Assembly: GCF_964355755.1 (NCBI RefSeq)
Contig: NC_092675.1
Location: 16,712,912-16,776,911 of the forward strand
Direction: 5' to 3'
Length of the DNA: 64,000 nucleotides
From: Antedon mediterranea
Lineage: Eukaryota > Animalia > Echinodermata
The translations under genes were made by a program, and so were the position numbers. Positions 31,101-44,800 of the stretch are shown here, one piece after another; the first letter of the stretch is position 1, and each line of letters opens with the position of its first letter. The notes beneath the pieces are model-generated. The model was not told the origin of the DNA. It made no database searches and saw nothing but the letters and a program-made list of their open reading frames with translations.

Positions 31101-33983
31101 AAAAAAAATGTGTTTATTGTATTGATGATATTCAATCTCTTTGTAGGTTTACTATTGACCTTAAAACTGTATTATGGATTCTTTAAATATTTTAATTTTA
31201 TTTTGTTTTTTAATATTATTTATTATTTATTACCGCAGTTCACATCACCATTCTCATCAATGCATTATAATAACATTACAGTTTGGCGTTCCATATATTT
31301 TAACTTTTCGTTTAAGGCAAGCACTGGGCACAACTGATTAATTAACTTTTAATATTTATCTATGTTTCTAGTTTTTTTATTTGACAATGATAAATGAATA
31401 TTGAAAAGGGAAAAGATACCTTCTATGAAAAATGTCCATCAGTCCGTGATGATTCCGTGTCACATTGTACCAGGGAGATTTACATCTCCCTGATTGTACC
31501 GTGTTTACATTCTAAATACCCCCATATAAACTTCAAATTGAGTGCAGCCTCCCATACAAAATAACTACGCCCTCAATCTGGTAATAATTCACTCAGGCAA
31601 TAAAAAACTAACTTGAAAAGTATAAATAATTAATTGTCCTACTAGAATTATTGTGTACGCTTGGTGAATGTGCGACAGAGTAGATATAAAAATCGCCACT
31701 TTTTTTTTTAAATAAACAAGGGGAAATATATACGTTTTAACACTACATACTGGTTAAATTTATTTATTTTTAAAATGTAGAGGACACCCTATTAAGGAAA
31801 CCGGGTACTTTTTAGTGAGCCACAATGGTAGATTGCGAGAGGTAGTGGTCCTTTAAAATAGGTGGTCACTTACGAAAGATGTGGTCGATAAGGGAGGTGG
31901 TCGCTTACGATATGTGATCGATTATGAGAAGCGGTCTCCTAACAGAGAGGTCGTTTATTAGAAGTGGTCACTTAAGAGAGGTGATTTATACAAGAGTTGG
32001 TATATTATGAGAAGCGGTCCATTTAGAGATATGGTGGTCTTCTAAAAGAGATCATCACTTACGAGAGGCGGTCGAAAATAAAAAGCGGTCGCTTACGAGA
32101 GTTGTGGTTGTTAAGAGAGGTGGTCGCTTACTACGAGAGGTGGTCGATTATGAGAAGCGGTTCATAATGAGAGGATGTGATCACTTACAATAGTTGGTCG
32201 ATTATGGGAAGCGATCCCTTAACAGAGACGATGGCCGTTTAATAGAGGTGGTCACCCAAAAAAGTTGTCGTTACGAGAGAGGAAGTCGATTATGAGAAAC
32301 GGTCCCTTAAAAGAGTTGGTTGCTTACGATGTGTGGTCGTTTTAGAAAGTTGGTCGGTTACGAGACGTGGATAGATGGATAGCTAAGTAAACAGATGCAT
32401 TTGCACATGATTTAGACATTTAGGTTTGTAAAATATATATTTTCTACATTAGCTGGCGATAGTCCTACATTAGCTGGGATGCAATTTTCGTTCCTACATT
32501 CGTTGTTGATCGTTCTACATGGTGTTAATTTTTTTCATTACATAAGCTGCAGGTGGTTTTACTCCATTACCGGGGGATTGGAAACTAGTTTTGTTATTGA
32601 AAATGCGTTTTTTTTAAAGAAGTATTCCCTAAAAAAAAATGTAATAATCCACTTTAAAGTTACATAATAAAAGTCTTCTTCCTTACCTTTTTTTTTGTCA
32701 AATTGTGTTTTCTTTCATAAGTATACATTTTAAACGAACGAAAGTTAATACTGATATGGCTTTTTGCATTATGAATGAGCAACTAATATTGAACATATTT
32801 ATTATACCAAGACCTGAATAAGTTTTCATTCGGGAAGTATTTGTATCACTATTTAAAACTAAGATATCTCTCATGAGGGATATCTCTATATTACTTACTT
32901 ACCAAGATATTTAGAATGGAAGATTCTTGTCCCATTCGGAATATCACAAGTGGATTTTTTTCTGTGTTAGTTATGCAGTGGGCACGTGTAGAGTACCGTA
33001 TATGAACTGTTATAAAACTAAAACATTACTATTATAGATAGAGCTAGTTGTACTGTATTCTTCTTGGTTTTTCGAGGTGTAATAAGCCTACAACAAAATA
33101 TCTATTAACATAGATATTTCTTTTAAAAAGTAAGACATCTTAGTTTTCAATTGAAATAATCTATCTTTATTAAAAGAGATATCTTAATTTTGAACTAAAG
33201 ATATATGCGTTGTGTAGCACTGTGTAAATTATATAATAATAATCTGTCAAATTATTGAAACAGTGCTCATATTCGGAACATTTTTGATTAATTATTGAAT
33301 GCCAATATATGTTTTGTATTTTTTACATGTGATATTTTATGTTCAACTTCAATATATTTATACAATTAATTGCGATAATATATTGAGTAGAAATTATTAT
33401 CGACTTAACATATTTTTCATTCATGGAGGTATAAAAATATGTTTGAATCTATATATAAAATACTAACTTCATAATGTACACGGTCATTATACATTTTTCA
33501 ATTGATAAGTATTAGTTATTATTCATTTAATTCATTCATTTAATCATTTGTTTCGAATTCTGTGGTCCACAGAAAGTAAAATTACGTATAAAATCATTTA
33601 AAAACAATGCTGTACTAATTACTAATACTCATCTCAGGATGGCATTCCACCTGGCCAAACATATAAACAGTTTTAAAGTCACCCAGAAACTTATCGAAGC
33701 TTAAATATTATTTAATTGACAAACTTTAAACTTACGTTTTGTTGACACCCAAGTGACCACCATGTGCCTGCTTATGGATACTATTTAACACTTCGTTTTT
33801 TTCTTTCGGTAACAATACACGCAACAATCTACCAGAATGTTGTTTGTAATACAAGATATCACGAAGAATTGTAAAGTTCTTGGCTTTCCGTCGCAAACTT
33901 CGTTTTAATATTTCAGAATAATTTACAGGATAAACGTTGTTTTGTAGATAGTTTCTCAAGGCATCAAACTCATGATCGGCCAT
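28160..33983 (-). CDS. Ginger1 transposase: H2C2 zinc finger, DDE integrase, GPY/F motif and OTU-like cysteine protease, 847 aa from 3 exons
   Basis: Exons 33983-33736, 31088-30889 and 30255-28160 have GT/AG sites in matching phases (2544 nt total). Motifs: IHKQAHGGHLGVNKT|WKKIRERYYW..CDQCQR; IGMDIVGPL, ITDQGREF, QTERFNRTL (D-D-E); RWTGPYII; GDGNCLFRALS..GTWG..AHFEPV (OTU). Confidence 0.88.
31840..32575. repeat. Degenerate GAGGTGGTCGCTTAC array plus ACATTAGCTG module (copy A)
   Basis: Repeated gaggtggtcg..ttacga motifs followed by gatagatggatagctaagtaaacagatgcatttgcacatgatttagacatttaggtttgtaaaa. Confidence 0.7.
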
Positions 33984-35429
33984 AATCATGATAATAAGTA
34001 AAAATAGAAAGAAGGCAGATTGTAACGAACAACACCGTGATTGGAACTTTGCAAGCAAAGTGAATGATTTTTTAAATGTAGGAGGTTTTGAACAAACATT
34101 GAGCCAATCAGCTTCTTGCTACATTTGTTTTAACCAATTGCCGATTAGAAGAAAGAGCAAACAGTTTTGTCAGGTGTAGGCCTATAATTTAAACTTTGTG
34201 CCTTAAGTGGATGTCACGAACTCCTTTTACGTATGTTTCCGAGCGGTTGAAAATACTTTAGAAACTCCCTTGTGACATAAAAGTATACACACCAAATTCA
34301 CAAAGTTGTAAAATAACTCAAAAACAAATCTTTAATTTCAATCAACTTCAACTTTCAACAACCCAGTAAGCATTTTAAACAACAGCTTCACAATAACTTT
34401 TACAATCTAATATCCAACCTCTAATATCCAACAACATGACAATAGTTTTACATCCCTTTATATACAAGATGTTCCTATCCTTCTATATCATTCTTTATAC
34501 TTCTTATTCTATTTGATTACAGTTTCTATTAATAGCATACTGGAATGTTCCTGATTGTTATTATATTAATTATACATGATGTCTTAAATGTAAACATCTT
34601 ATTCTAGAATGTTCATGGTTAGGGAATGGTAATTTATTACAGTGGCAAGTACACAAAAAATGAGAGAAAAAAACTATTGGAGGGAAATGCCATTTATTAA
34701 ATTAAATTTCGAAGATACTCTTATTGGTAAACGCTTCAGTCGTTCTATTACACAATAAATAGCACATTCAGATAGGAGTATAAAATATAATCATATAGTT
34801 ATTCTTTATTACATATTATACGTTCATCTCAAATTATATTATAATATTAATTGAAATTGTATTTAAATTTGTATCCGTTTTTGTCGACAGGACCACAATG
34901 CAAAACAAATATTTCTACTTGATTGTGTATAATCCTGTATAAATATTTTGTTAAATAAATAAAATAATATTAAATAGTAATCTACGTAAAATAATATTAT
35001 AGTACATAAGTTCGTATTAAAACCGTTCAGGCTATGAGGCAACCCCCGCTCCCTGTATATTAAATAGAAACATTTTTTATAATACTTATACTAGAATCAT
35101 ATACTAATTTATTTAGTTATTTTTTAAAATAAGAGAATTAAATTACGTAACATACTGTGGTATATAATTCTTGTAATGAAATCATATTCATGGTAAGCGT
35201 AATCTTAATTTGAGATATGGCAAGTTCGCACCCCTTCTCCTGACAAATAACAGATGACAGTTAACACGACTACCGGTAATTAATATCTCCCGAGAGCCGC
35301 TGTTTTGAGGTTGACCTGACAATTGTGGCCTGAGTTATGGGACATTACCCTTGCTGGACATCTGGTAAAAATAAATACTGATTATGCTGCCACTTTAGTA
35401 CACAAAACAATAAATTAAAAAAAATAAAA

Positions 35430-36505
35430 AAACACAACTTGTGGCATTTCCTTTACACTAGTCCCTGTTCAAAACCGCTAGTGTAGAAAACGGCAGCAAA
35501 TGTCGTCGAAACTGTCAAATCCACCCATGTAGTAAAACCTAGAACTAGCTAATGTAGAAACACCAACAGTTATTTATTAAATAAAAATCAACATTAGCTA
35601 ATATACAACTTAACAGGTAATGAAGTAACGAAAATTGCCTCACAGCTGATGTAGTTAATATCGCCAGCTAATAAAATAATAATTATATATTTTACAAACC
35701 TAAATGTCTAAATCATGTGCAAATGTATTTCTCTACTTAGTTTAGCTGTCAGTCTATCCACCTCTCGTAAGTGATCGGCTTTCAAAACGTAGCACTCTGA
35801 TCGTAAGCAACTACCCTTGTTAGCGACCACCTTTAATATTTAAAAGGGACTACCTCTGTTAAAGGACCGCTTCTCACAATGGACAACTTCCTGAAGGGGT
35901 AACCTCCTCTCATAAGGGACTGCTTTTCATAAACTACCACCGCTCGTAGACGACCACTTCTTTTACCGACTACACCTCCCGTAAGTGACCACCTCAATAG
36001 AGGTGGTAATTTGCGAAAGGTGGTCGTTACGGATGGTAGTCGATTATGAGAAGTGGTCCCAGTGGAGAGGTGGACGTTTTTTTTTATAGAGAGGTCGACA
36101 CTTTAGGCGTGGTCGTTAAGAGAGGTAGTCCGTCATGAGGTTGATTATGAGAAGCCGAGGTGGTGGTCCTTTAAAATAGCTCGTCCTTGACGAGTGGTGT
36201 GGTCGTTAAGAGATGGTGGGCGATTATCAGAGACGGTGGTCGTTCAATAGAGGTGGTTACTTACTAGAAGTGGTTGTTGGTTGGTCACTTACGAGACGTG
36301 GATAGATGGATAGCTACCGGTAAGTAAAGAAATGCATTTTCACATGATGTACACAGGTTTTTAAATTATACAATATTTTCAACATTAGCTGTGAGGCAAT
36401 TTTCGTTACTACATTATCTGCTGACCGTTCTAAATTAGCTGGTGTTGATTTTAAAAATTGATACATAAGCTGTTGGTATTTCTGGTATTAGCTGGTGGTT
36501 TCTAT
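35430..36505. repeat. Large imperfect palindrome formed by an inverted and a direct copy of module A
   Basis: 35690-35770 is the reverse complement of about 32360-32440; 36290-36500 is a direct copy; the centre is at ..ccacctcaatagaggtgg.. near 35998. Confidence 0.7.
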
Positions 36506-37950
36506 GTTTATATGTCCATATAAAACAAAAATACAACCGCGATTTTTTAAACTCAGCTGCATGTACAGACATTGTGGCAAAGACGTTTTAAACGCTTCAT
36601 TTCAATATAAGCCATTATTCTATGAATTTGATGTATAACGGTATTGGACTGTTTGTATTGGGAACGAAATACCCTAATATTCGAAAAAAACAAAAAACCG
36701 AAATACCCTTGAGTGAACGAATAATTATGATGCGCAATTAAGGTGTTTATTTTGCCATATAAAATATAAAAAACAAATATTTTTTGGTAATATGCATCAA
36801 CAATATTTTTCAAATGTATTTTAGATAAATAAATAAATAATGTAAAGTCTCTAGAAACAAAGCAAATATTGTGACTAACCAATTCAATGTTTTATTAAAT
36901 AAAAACAAAAATCAGGCATCTGTGAAAAAAATATAATGAAAAAGAACTGACTTTAACAATGACGAACTTACTTGTTTAAAGAACTTTTGTTATCAGTTGA
37001 TATTATTAAATTAGTAGCAGTATTATGAATATTACAAAATAATATTTTGAGAACTGAAAAATATTTTGAGGGAACGAATATATTTAGGGAGAACAAAATA
37101 AGATTTCAAGAACTGAATAATATAAAAAACGAATTACTACTTCGAGACAAGGAATGATGATGATGATGATGATGATGATCGAGAGAACGAAATAATTTCG
37201 AGGGAAATTATTTCGTTCTCTCGCGAAGTAGTAATTCGAATTTCGAATGAAATAATATTTCGAGATAACGAAATAGGTAGGCCCTATGCCTATATGATTT
37301 AGTGATATTCATTCCCTCGAAATAATAATACAGTAGGCTATATATTTTTCAAGTTGTCGATTTACTTCAAATTGACAACAGGTTGTATATACTCAATCAA
37401 AAACAAACAATTTAATTTGATTAGACTATATGTCTCCAGATATAATAATAGTAATATTTATTTCAATCCACTTGATATTTTGCGATTCAAGTTGGTATTC
37501 TAAGGAATTATAATTACCCTAACGGGAGTTGGTGAACGTCCAGTGCCCTAGTTTTTACGGGGTTAAATATGATGTCGATGTCTCGATGGTCCTACTTTTT
37601 TATCGATGAAAGCTGCCCGGGTGGTTGCGGCCATTTTCAACAGCTAGTATTACAATATTCAATGCTGAAAATTGTCCAGTGGACACTTTCAAACACCGGA
37701 CAGATTTAAATCTTACACCGGCGCAACAACAACAACTTTTTAATGTAAACCTTCAATTTACATCTTATCCAAAAGATGTTATTAAACATTATTGATGAAG
37801 AAAAGTAATTCTTGTTGCATCTTTTATGTCAGTGTTTTGTTTGTTGTAACAATATTACGCTCTGTCTACACTATCAAACTAGTTTGAAAAAAAAAGTGTG
37901 ATGTGCCTAAATATGGTAGTGATATGACATCGGACGAGGATATATGTACT

Positions 37951-38300
37951 GCCACTGGACGTACAACAAAAGATAGTTATACGTACAGCCACTGGACGTA
38001 TAACAAAAGATAGTTATACGTACAGCCACTGGACGTATAACAAAAGATAGTTATACGTACAGCCACTGGACGTACAACAAAAGATAGTTATACGTACAGC
38101 CACTGGACGTATAACAAAAGATAGTTATACGTACAGCCACTGGACGTACAACAAAAGATAGTTATACGTACAGCCACTGGACGTATAACAAAAGATAGTT
38201 ATACGTACAGCCACTGGACGTATAACAAAAGATAGTTATACGTACAGCCACTGGACGTATAACAAAAGATAGTTATACGTACAGCCACTGGACGTATAAC
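37951..38300. repeat. 37-bp minisatellite, about 9.5 copies
   Basis: Unit gccactggacgta(c/t)aacaaaagatagttatacgtaca. Confidence 0.95.
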
Positions 38301-38401
38301 GTTCATTTTGTATACGTACCGCAGTTGGCAGTACGTATATCCTGGACCTACAATGTGTAAAACTCGTCCTAAATAATAAAACTTGTCCTAATGATTAAAA
38401 C

Positions 38402-40250
38402 GGTGACTACTTCTTCGCATGCAGCTAAAGTAAAATGACGTCACGTTAAAGTGGGTCGTCACAGAGTCTCATGCATATTAATGAAGCAAACTTGCTGAGA
38501 GTTTTTTCACACACGCGACGCGAGATTTATCGAAAAATAATAATTGTTTTCACTGCTGTGGATAATAAATAATATACTTTAATTTTAACATGACAGGAGA
38601 GCCTATATACTTCCAGTGCGAATAAAAAATAATAATAATGTACAATATTAGTCACGTATTTTCAAATGCTGCAAGACATGAGACCCGAAATAGGCTAGGC
38701 CTAGGCCTCCTACTGTAGTGGCAGCGCAGTGCATACCTGAGAGCTAGGGTGTGTGGGAAGTTAGCTAGAAGTGTACATCTGCACGATGCCACGCGGTAAC
38801 GATGAAGGGGAGGATATGGATGGCCTGATAGTGGGCAGTGTATACTGTATTTTAATTTAGTTAGTCGTCCCCCAGTTAGGCCGCTAGTGAGTGGAGGGCC
38901 GTAGCCAGGATCTGTCAAGGTGGGGTTCGGACACTAAATATTTGGGTCAACCCCCCCCCCCCCCTCCCCCAGCCTGATGCGAAGCGAATTTTGTTAAATG
39001 ACACCCCTAGATGGCCGGAAAGACACCCCTAGATGGCCGGAAAGACACTCGTGCAGCATGCTATATAACCAATGAGCAAAAAGATCGTACTTTTTTCCTC
39101 CTCCTCAAACACGTCGATAATTTAAATGACGATAACTATTTGTTGCCGTATGTTAGATGCGCGTGCTCTGTGCGGAACCGCCGATTGTTTGATCATTTAC
39201 TCCGTATTTTGTTTTGCGTTCAAGTTCAATGCGAACGTATATCTAGGAGCCGCCCCGAAAAAAGCACACTGGGTGAAGGCAAATGCTATTTGCTAGCTCT
39301 ATCTATAATATTTATTTACAGCAATTTGTTGAGGAATATAAATATGTAAATAGGTGATATTGATACATTTTAGTACGTATCGGCTGGTGGTCTAGAAAAA
39401 AATAATCGGATGCCATAATGTGAACTACAGTACTTGATACCATAGATATTATAGTGTAAAATATTAATATTCACTATAATCCTCTATAATACATTATACT
39501 TCATAGTCACACATAAATACTGATGTACGTCGGAAGGCTATATACTTTATGCAAATGCTGCCTGACTGCCAGTGATCTAAACAATAGGTATACGCAGTTG
39601 TCTGGCGGTGTCCTTTGTACGAATCGTTCGTGCGCCAGCTCGCTATGAGACGCGTCAATATCATGTTACATGCAGGGACCAAACATTTATTTTTCAGGTT
39701 AAAATCGGCAATTCATTTGCAGCTTTTAGAAATTTACAGACACGTATCATCACTAGTTGACGCTCATACAGAGAAGAAGGTTCACGAACAAGTTTACGAA
39801 TTTTTCAATTTACAAACAACTTTTTGTACTGTGGGGCACGTATTTGGAGGATTTTTGGAGATGAGGGTGAGGTATTGGGCATGTCGGGGATGGGGGTTCG
39901 CAGTTGGAAAACTAAAGGTGGGGTTTCGCCTGAACCATAAAAACCCCCCCTGGCTACGGGCCTGGAGTAGGTATCATAGAAAGTCTGTCTAGGCCTAGGC
40001 ATCTAAGCCAAATGGGTCGAATAAACAACTATATTTAATCTGCTTCTTTGTTATCAGGAACAATATCGGATTATTTTCTGTACCACCGATCGCACCATCA
40101 TTAATATCACTCTGAAAACATTTTGTAAAATCATGATGAGCGCACAAGAAGCAGAGACAAAACATTCTTTTGCATATGCATGAGACTCTGTGACGACACG
40201 CTTTAACGTGACGTCATTTTACTTTAGCTGCATGCGAAGAAGTAGTCACC
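38402..40250. mobile_element. Non-autonomous TIR element with 9-bp TSD (Merlin/MULE-like)
   Basis: Near-perfect TIR of about 75 bp, GGTGACTACTTCTTCGCATGCAGCTAAAGTAAAATGACGTCACG...; identical TSD GATTAAAAC at 38393-38401 and 40251-40259. Confidence 0.85.
38894..39964. mobile_element. Possible hAT-like MITE nested in the previous element
   Basis: AGGGCCGTAGCCAGG ... CCTGGCTACGGGCCTG inverted ends; no clean TSD. Confidence 0.4.
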
Positions 40251-41848
40251 GATTAAAACTGGTCCTAAATATTAAAACTCATCCTAAATAATAAAACTTG
40301 TCCTTAATATTAACTGAGAATTGATCCCACAACCTCTAGGCCATAGCCTCATCACAAACCCACCACGCCACACAGTTGGCTTGCAGAAAAATCCTTTTCA
40401 TAAATAAAACAATAGAAAAAGCTAATCCTAAATGACGTGAATTAACACGTGACATCTAAATGCTCTATAATTGGTTGCCTGTCACGGTACATATAAGTAG
40501 AACAGTTGTTACGTACAATCGTTGTACGTATAGCCAGTCCCTATCACATCATCATGTCCATATATGGGCACATCACATTTTTTTTCGCATAAAGTTTGAA
40601 AGTGTAGACAGAGCTTTACTGAAAACATTGATATATAGTAATATTATAATAGTACGAATAGTATGTCTTAATGCAGTATATAACACAGATAAAAGGTTTG
40701 ACATAAGCAGTGTCCTTTTTAATCATATATACCTGTACATATAGTATACCTAAATCAACAACAAAATGTGGGTTTTTGACAATGGTCTGATGCCGTGTGT
40801 GCATATGTTTTGTAATTATCCTATAATATAACAGAAGCATGTTTATTAAAATATAAGAAGGAAATTTGCCTTCGGAAAAAAATTGTCCAAAATACTAAGT
40901 TTCATCAAAAAGTGGGTTGAAATTTGCTGTCAAAAACTCCTGAGCTGTAGCTCAGGTTTGTTTTTTTATTGCAATATCACCCAAAATATTTAAAGAATTC
41001 AATAATTACTCTAAATATACAGTATGTGCATTTTACTTCCAACTTTTACCACGTTTATGCAAACCATACTCATTTACTTCATTTAAATACATGTGAATGT
41101 CTAGTTATTTTATTTGAATATCACCCATTGAATACTAGGACAGGTTGTGTGACTGTTGCATTCATTAATTACAGGTTTATTGGCGAGCGAGCTCTAGCAT
41201 GACTATTTGAACCATGTATATAATGCATGAGTAATGCTACTGAATTCCACACCTTCAATGTCTAATATCCCATTCTATAAATATCGTAATCAGGTAGATA
41301 CTTGTAATGTAATAAGGAAAGACAAATTTAAAGACAATATGCAACAAATTGTCACATAAATTATTTTAATATATATACATTCTCATTCTCAGCAAATTTT
41401 ATGAACAGAAGTAATGACTATATTTGCATTATTATGGAAATATAAAAAATATTAAATAGAAACTAAAATGTATTAAATCATTTTAATGGCAATCAGATAC
41501 TGTATATACATTATTATGAAATTCATTTCACTATGCCTCTAATTTTGCACTTTAATTTGAAAAAGATTGGTTTGAATTTTATCATTTCAAACATTGTTTA
41601 TACAAACATTACCTTGCAGAACAAACTAAAAATTTGGAATGAATGTGGGAGTTGAATCAGCTTGTAGAATTTTGTTTTGGATGGATTTTACTTTTGAAAT
41701 ATATTGTTTTGCATTTTATCATTTCAAACAATGCTTTATATATACAAACATTACTAATTTAATATTTATTGTACAATCTCTTGAAATAAAAGCTACACAA
41801 TAATGTTTATAGGTTGACTTTCCCAATATTCTGTCAAGGCTTTGACAG

Positions 41849-44800
41849 CTAAGTGTCTGGTAATGGCTCTTCAGGCTCTTGCCAAAGACCAAGCTCTTGA
41901 AGGAACTTCTTCTCTTCCTCCTTGTAGTCTAAATACTCCATTCTCTGTCTGTTTTCTACCTCTTCATTCGAAGGTTCAATTGGCTTCACAAGCTAAAAAT
42001 AGAATTAATCACTTGTTTATTCAAATTACACTGAGAAGACAGAAACATGCAAAATTATAACAACAGAACACAGAGAAGGTTAAAATACCCACTTTCAATC
42101 ATAATATTAATAATTAAAAATCATAATTATATGGTAAGTATTAATAGAGCTGGTAATGCTTACATTAAAGTTTTTAATGAAACGATAAACATCTAGAGGT
42201 GTTATGCATTCTATTTGAAACCAGTAAGTTGACAATAAATACCTTCTTTTCTGCCTCTTCAGCATCTATCCTTCTCTTGTCCTGAATTCTAAATTCTTGC
42301 CGGGTCTGCACATACGCCAGCCGCTTAACTTCACGCTCTAAGTAGTTCAGTGTGCTATTCATCTGAAAATAAAAATAAGTATGGATATTATTTGCTGTGA
42401 ATACAGTTAGCGGTGATATTGGCATGCTGAAAACATTTGTCACTTTGAGTAAAGCTCTATCTAAACTTTATGTGACAAAAAAAATGTGATGTGCCCATAA
42501 TAATATGGTAGTAATATGCCCATATATATGATAGTAATATGACATTATCATGTCTATAATAATATGGTGGTAATATGCCCAAATATGATATTATCATGTC
42601 CATATATGAGCACATCACATTTTTTTGTCACATACAGTTTGATAGTGTAGACTTAGCTTTAAGGCTGATGTACCACAGTACTAATAGGGTACATACCTCT
42701 CCTGACGGAGCATGTCGTAATGTCCATGGTACTTCAAGGATGTGTAAAGTTCCTACACTGTCTGCAACACCAAGTAACTGTTGTTTGCCTAAAAAGCAAA
42801 AATGAAAATATGTTATCATCTACAAAAGATTAAGTAAATAAACATAATTTGCATTTTAGATACCACACAAGTTACGTGTTATATTGTATAGTGATAAGGT
42901 TATATAATTACTGTTAAACTAGAGAGAAAACTAGGCAACAGAAAATTCCTGCTAATTGGCAGGGATTTAAATTGAATGCACTATCTATCTGTTTAAAACC
43001 TTGTTGACAGAGATACAAGGTTCTCAACACAAGGGCAGCATGACTTGGGATATAATAATAAGAGTTGACATACTGTTGACAATCCATGGAAATATAGCTG
43101 TAATTGATGCTGCGGAGATGTTTTGTGACAGAGATGGTTCATGCGTTCTATCCAAAAGATCCCAAACATCAATGTTTCCATCAGCTCTGGCAATGTAGAA
43201 CACACAAGGTCTGGTTGGTGACCAATATCCTGCTGTCAGTTTCTTTGCATGAGCTGCTGAGCATAGCAATGGCTGACTCTGAAAAATATTGAAAAAGAAA
43301 TTTGAATCGGATATTTGTGTAATTTATTGCAATGTCTGTGGTATGTCACTATCAAAAATATTCTTCAATGTACAGTACAATTATTGTTAAAAATATAAAT
43401 AGTAAATTTCTTAAACTTGAAAGTTTCATCTTACTGTCTCTCCTTCTTTCCATATGGAGAAGTTCCATCCTCCTACAACAAGGAAATATTCCTTGAAAAA
43501 TGGTGACCTCTGGAGTGTAGTGATATTTTGGTCATGGAACAGTTTAGCAAAATCAGGCTTAGGGGCTGTAAACATAAAAGTAAATAAAGATAAGATATTT
43601 TAAAATTACTATAAACCTGGACTTTGACAAGTCACACGATCAGCTATTAGACAGATGAAGTTCAATATCGACAGTTTGGACACAAAAATGTGTGCAACAA
43701 GTCGCATTATCGAATAGTAAAAGTTACAAATACTCACGTTGGAGTCTTCCAGAATCTACATCTTTTTCCAACTTCCAGTCAGCATATACTAATTCTCCAT
43801 CCTATGAAATAACAATAATAAAACGTCATAGATGAACTTTTAAGAAGAGGCAAATAATGATTCAATGTTTTGATCTTTATTAGATCATCATCAGGAATGA
43901 CAATAATCAAATGTCTATTCAGATCTTAAAGTCTGTATACATTTGATTCAGTTATGGAATTCAATGTTAGTGATACTTTATCAAGTTTGGTGCAGAAACA
44001 ACAACAATTTTATAAAAATTGACTAAAAAACATTCTTCACTTTCTTTTAAATTGTATTGAGTGTTTGCAAACATGTTAATACTGTAAGATGTACCTCAGT
44101 GCCAATGAAAAATTTGGTTGTTACGCCCTCTAGTGGTTTCTTCTCTTTAGCTGATCCTCCTCTCATTGATGATCCAAGGCCACCAACACTCTCTCTCTTT
44201 TCTAAATCTTGCTTTGACTGCTTGTCCACTACCAAAACAAAGGAAATTACCATTCACATTTAAGAAACTGATATAAAATAAATATATCAGAGTTTGCTTT
44301 GAACAAGTCTGGTAGAGGTTTATGGTTATATCCAAGGAAGAGAAAAAATGTAACTTTACTATTCCCTGGTTATGAGTTAGATCATATGTTTGTCAGATCA
44401 TGCATAGAACATATGTGTGGTCTACATGACAGGGGTTCACTGTAGCTTCTTAAAAGTGGTGGTAACTTTATAATCATAATTTATATCATGAAGTAAAGTA
44501 CTTCATGTTTGTATACACACATTTGGCCATACCAGGTAAGTACCAGGTAATAGCAAGTTACATTTGTATATGTCGTGATTGTCTATGGTGACAAATAGTA
44601 TGGTAATAAAGTTGCTTACAAATAGTTCTGTCTCCCTGTCTCTCTTGAATACTGATGCATGTTACAGCATATTCACCATTCCCTTCAATGCGGCCTATTG
44701 GGATCTGTGTTTTCAATACAGAAGCAGCAATGACAACATTGAACAAATTATTTATTTTACAGTTTCATGTATCAAAAAAGAGAAGTCTTTTTTATATACT

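Larger units (their letters stand above)
22960..37717 (-). mobile_element. Ginger1 (Gypsy-integrase-related) DNA transposon, about 14.8 kb
   Basis: CCGG|TGTAAGATTGAAATGTGTCC... at 22960 and ...GGACAGATTTAAATCTTACA|CCGG at 37717: imperfect TIRs of about 60 bp, TGT/ACA termini, 4-bp CCGG TSD. Encloses a spliced integrase gene with no RT, RNaseH or LTRs. Confidence 0.88.
37931..40541. mobile_element. Non-autonomous TIR element (MULE/hAT-like, 8-9-bp TSD) inserted into a Harbinger-like MITE
   Basis: Left end (C)GGACGAGGATATATGTAC; reverse complement of right end GGGACTGGCTATACGTAC; TSD tatgacat (37923-37930) / tatcacat (40542-40549). The host MITE resumes on both sides. Confidence 0.65.

Noticed and set aside
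38652-40002. Several 60-125 aa ORFs as genes
   Set aside because: No recognisable motifs or splice chains; they lie within nested non-autonomous TEs, like most short ORFs in the track.
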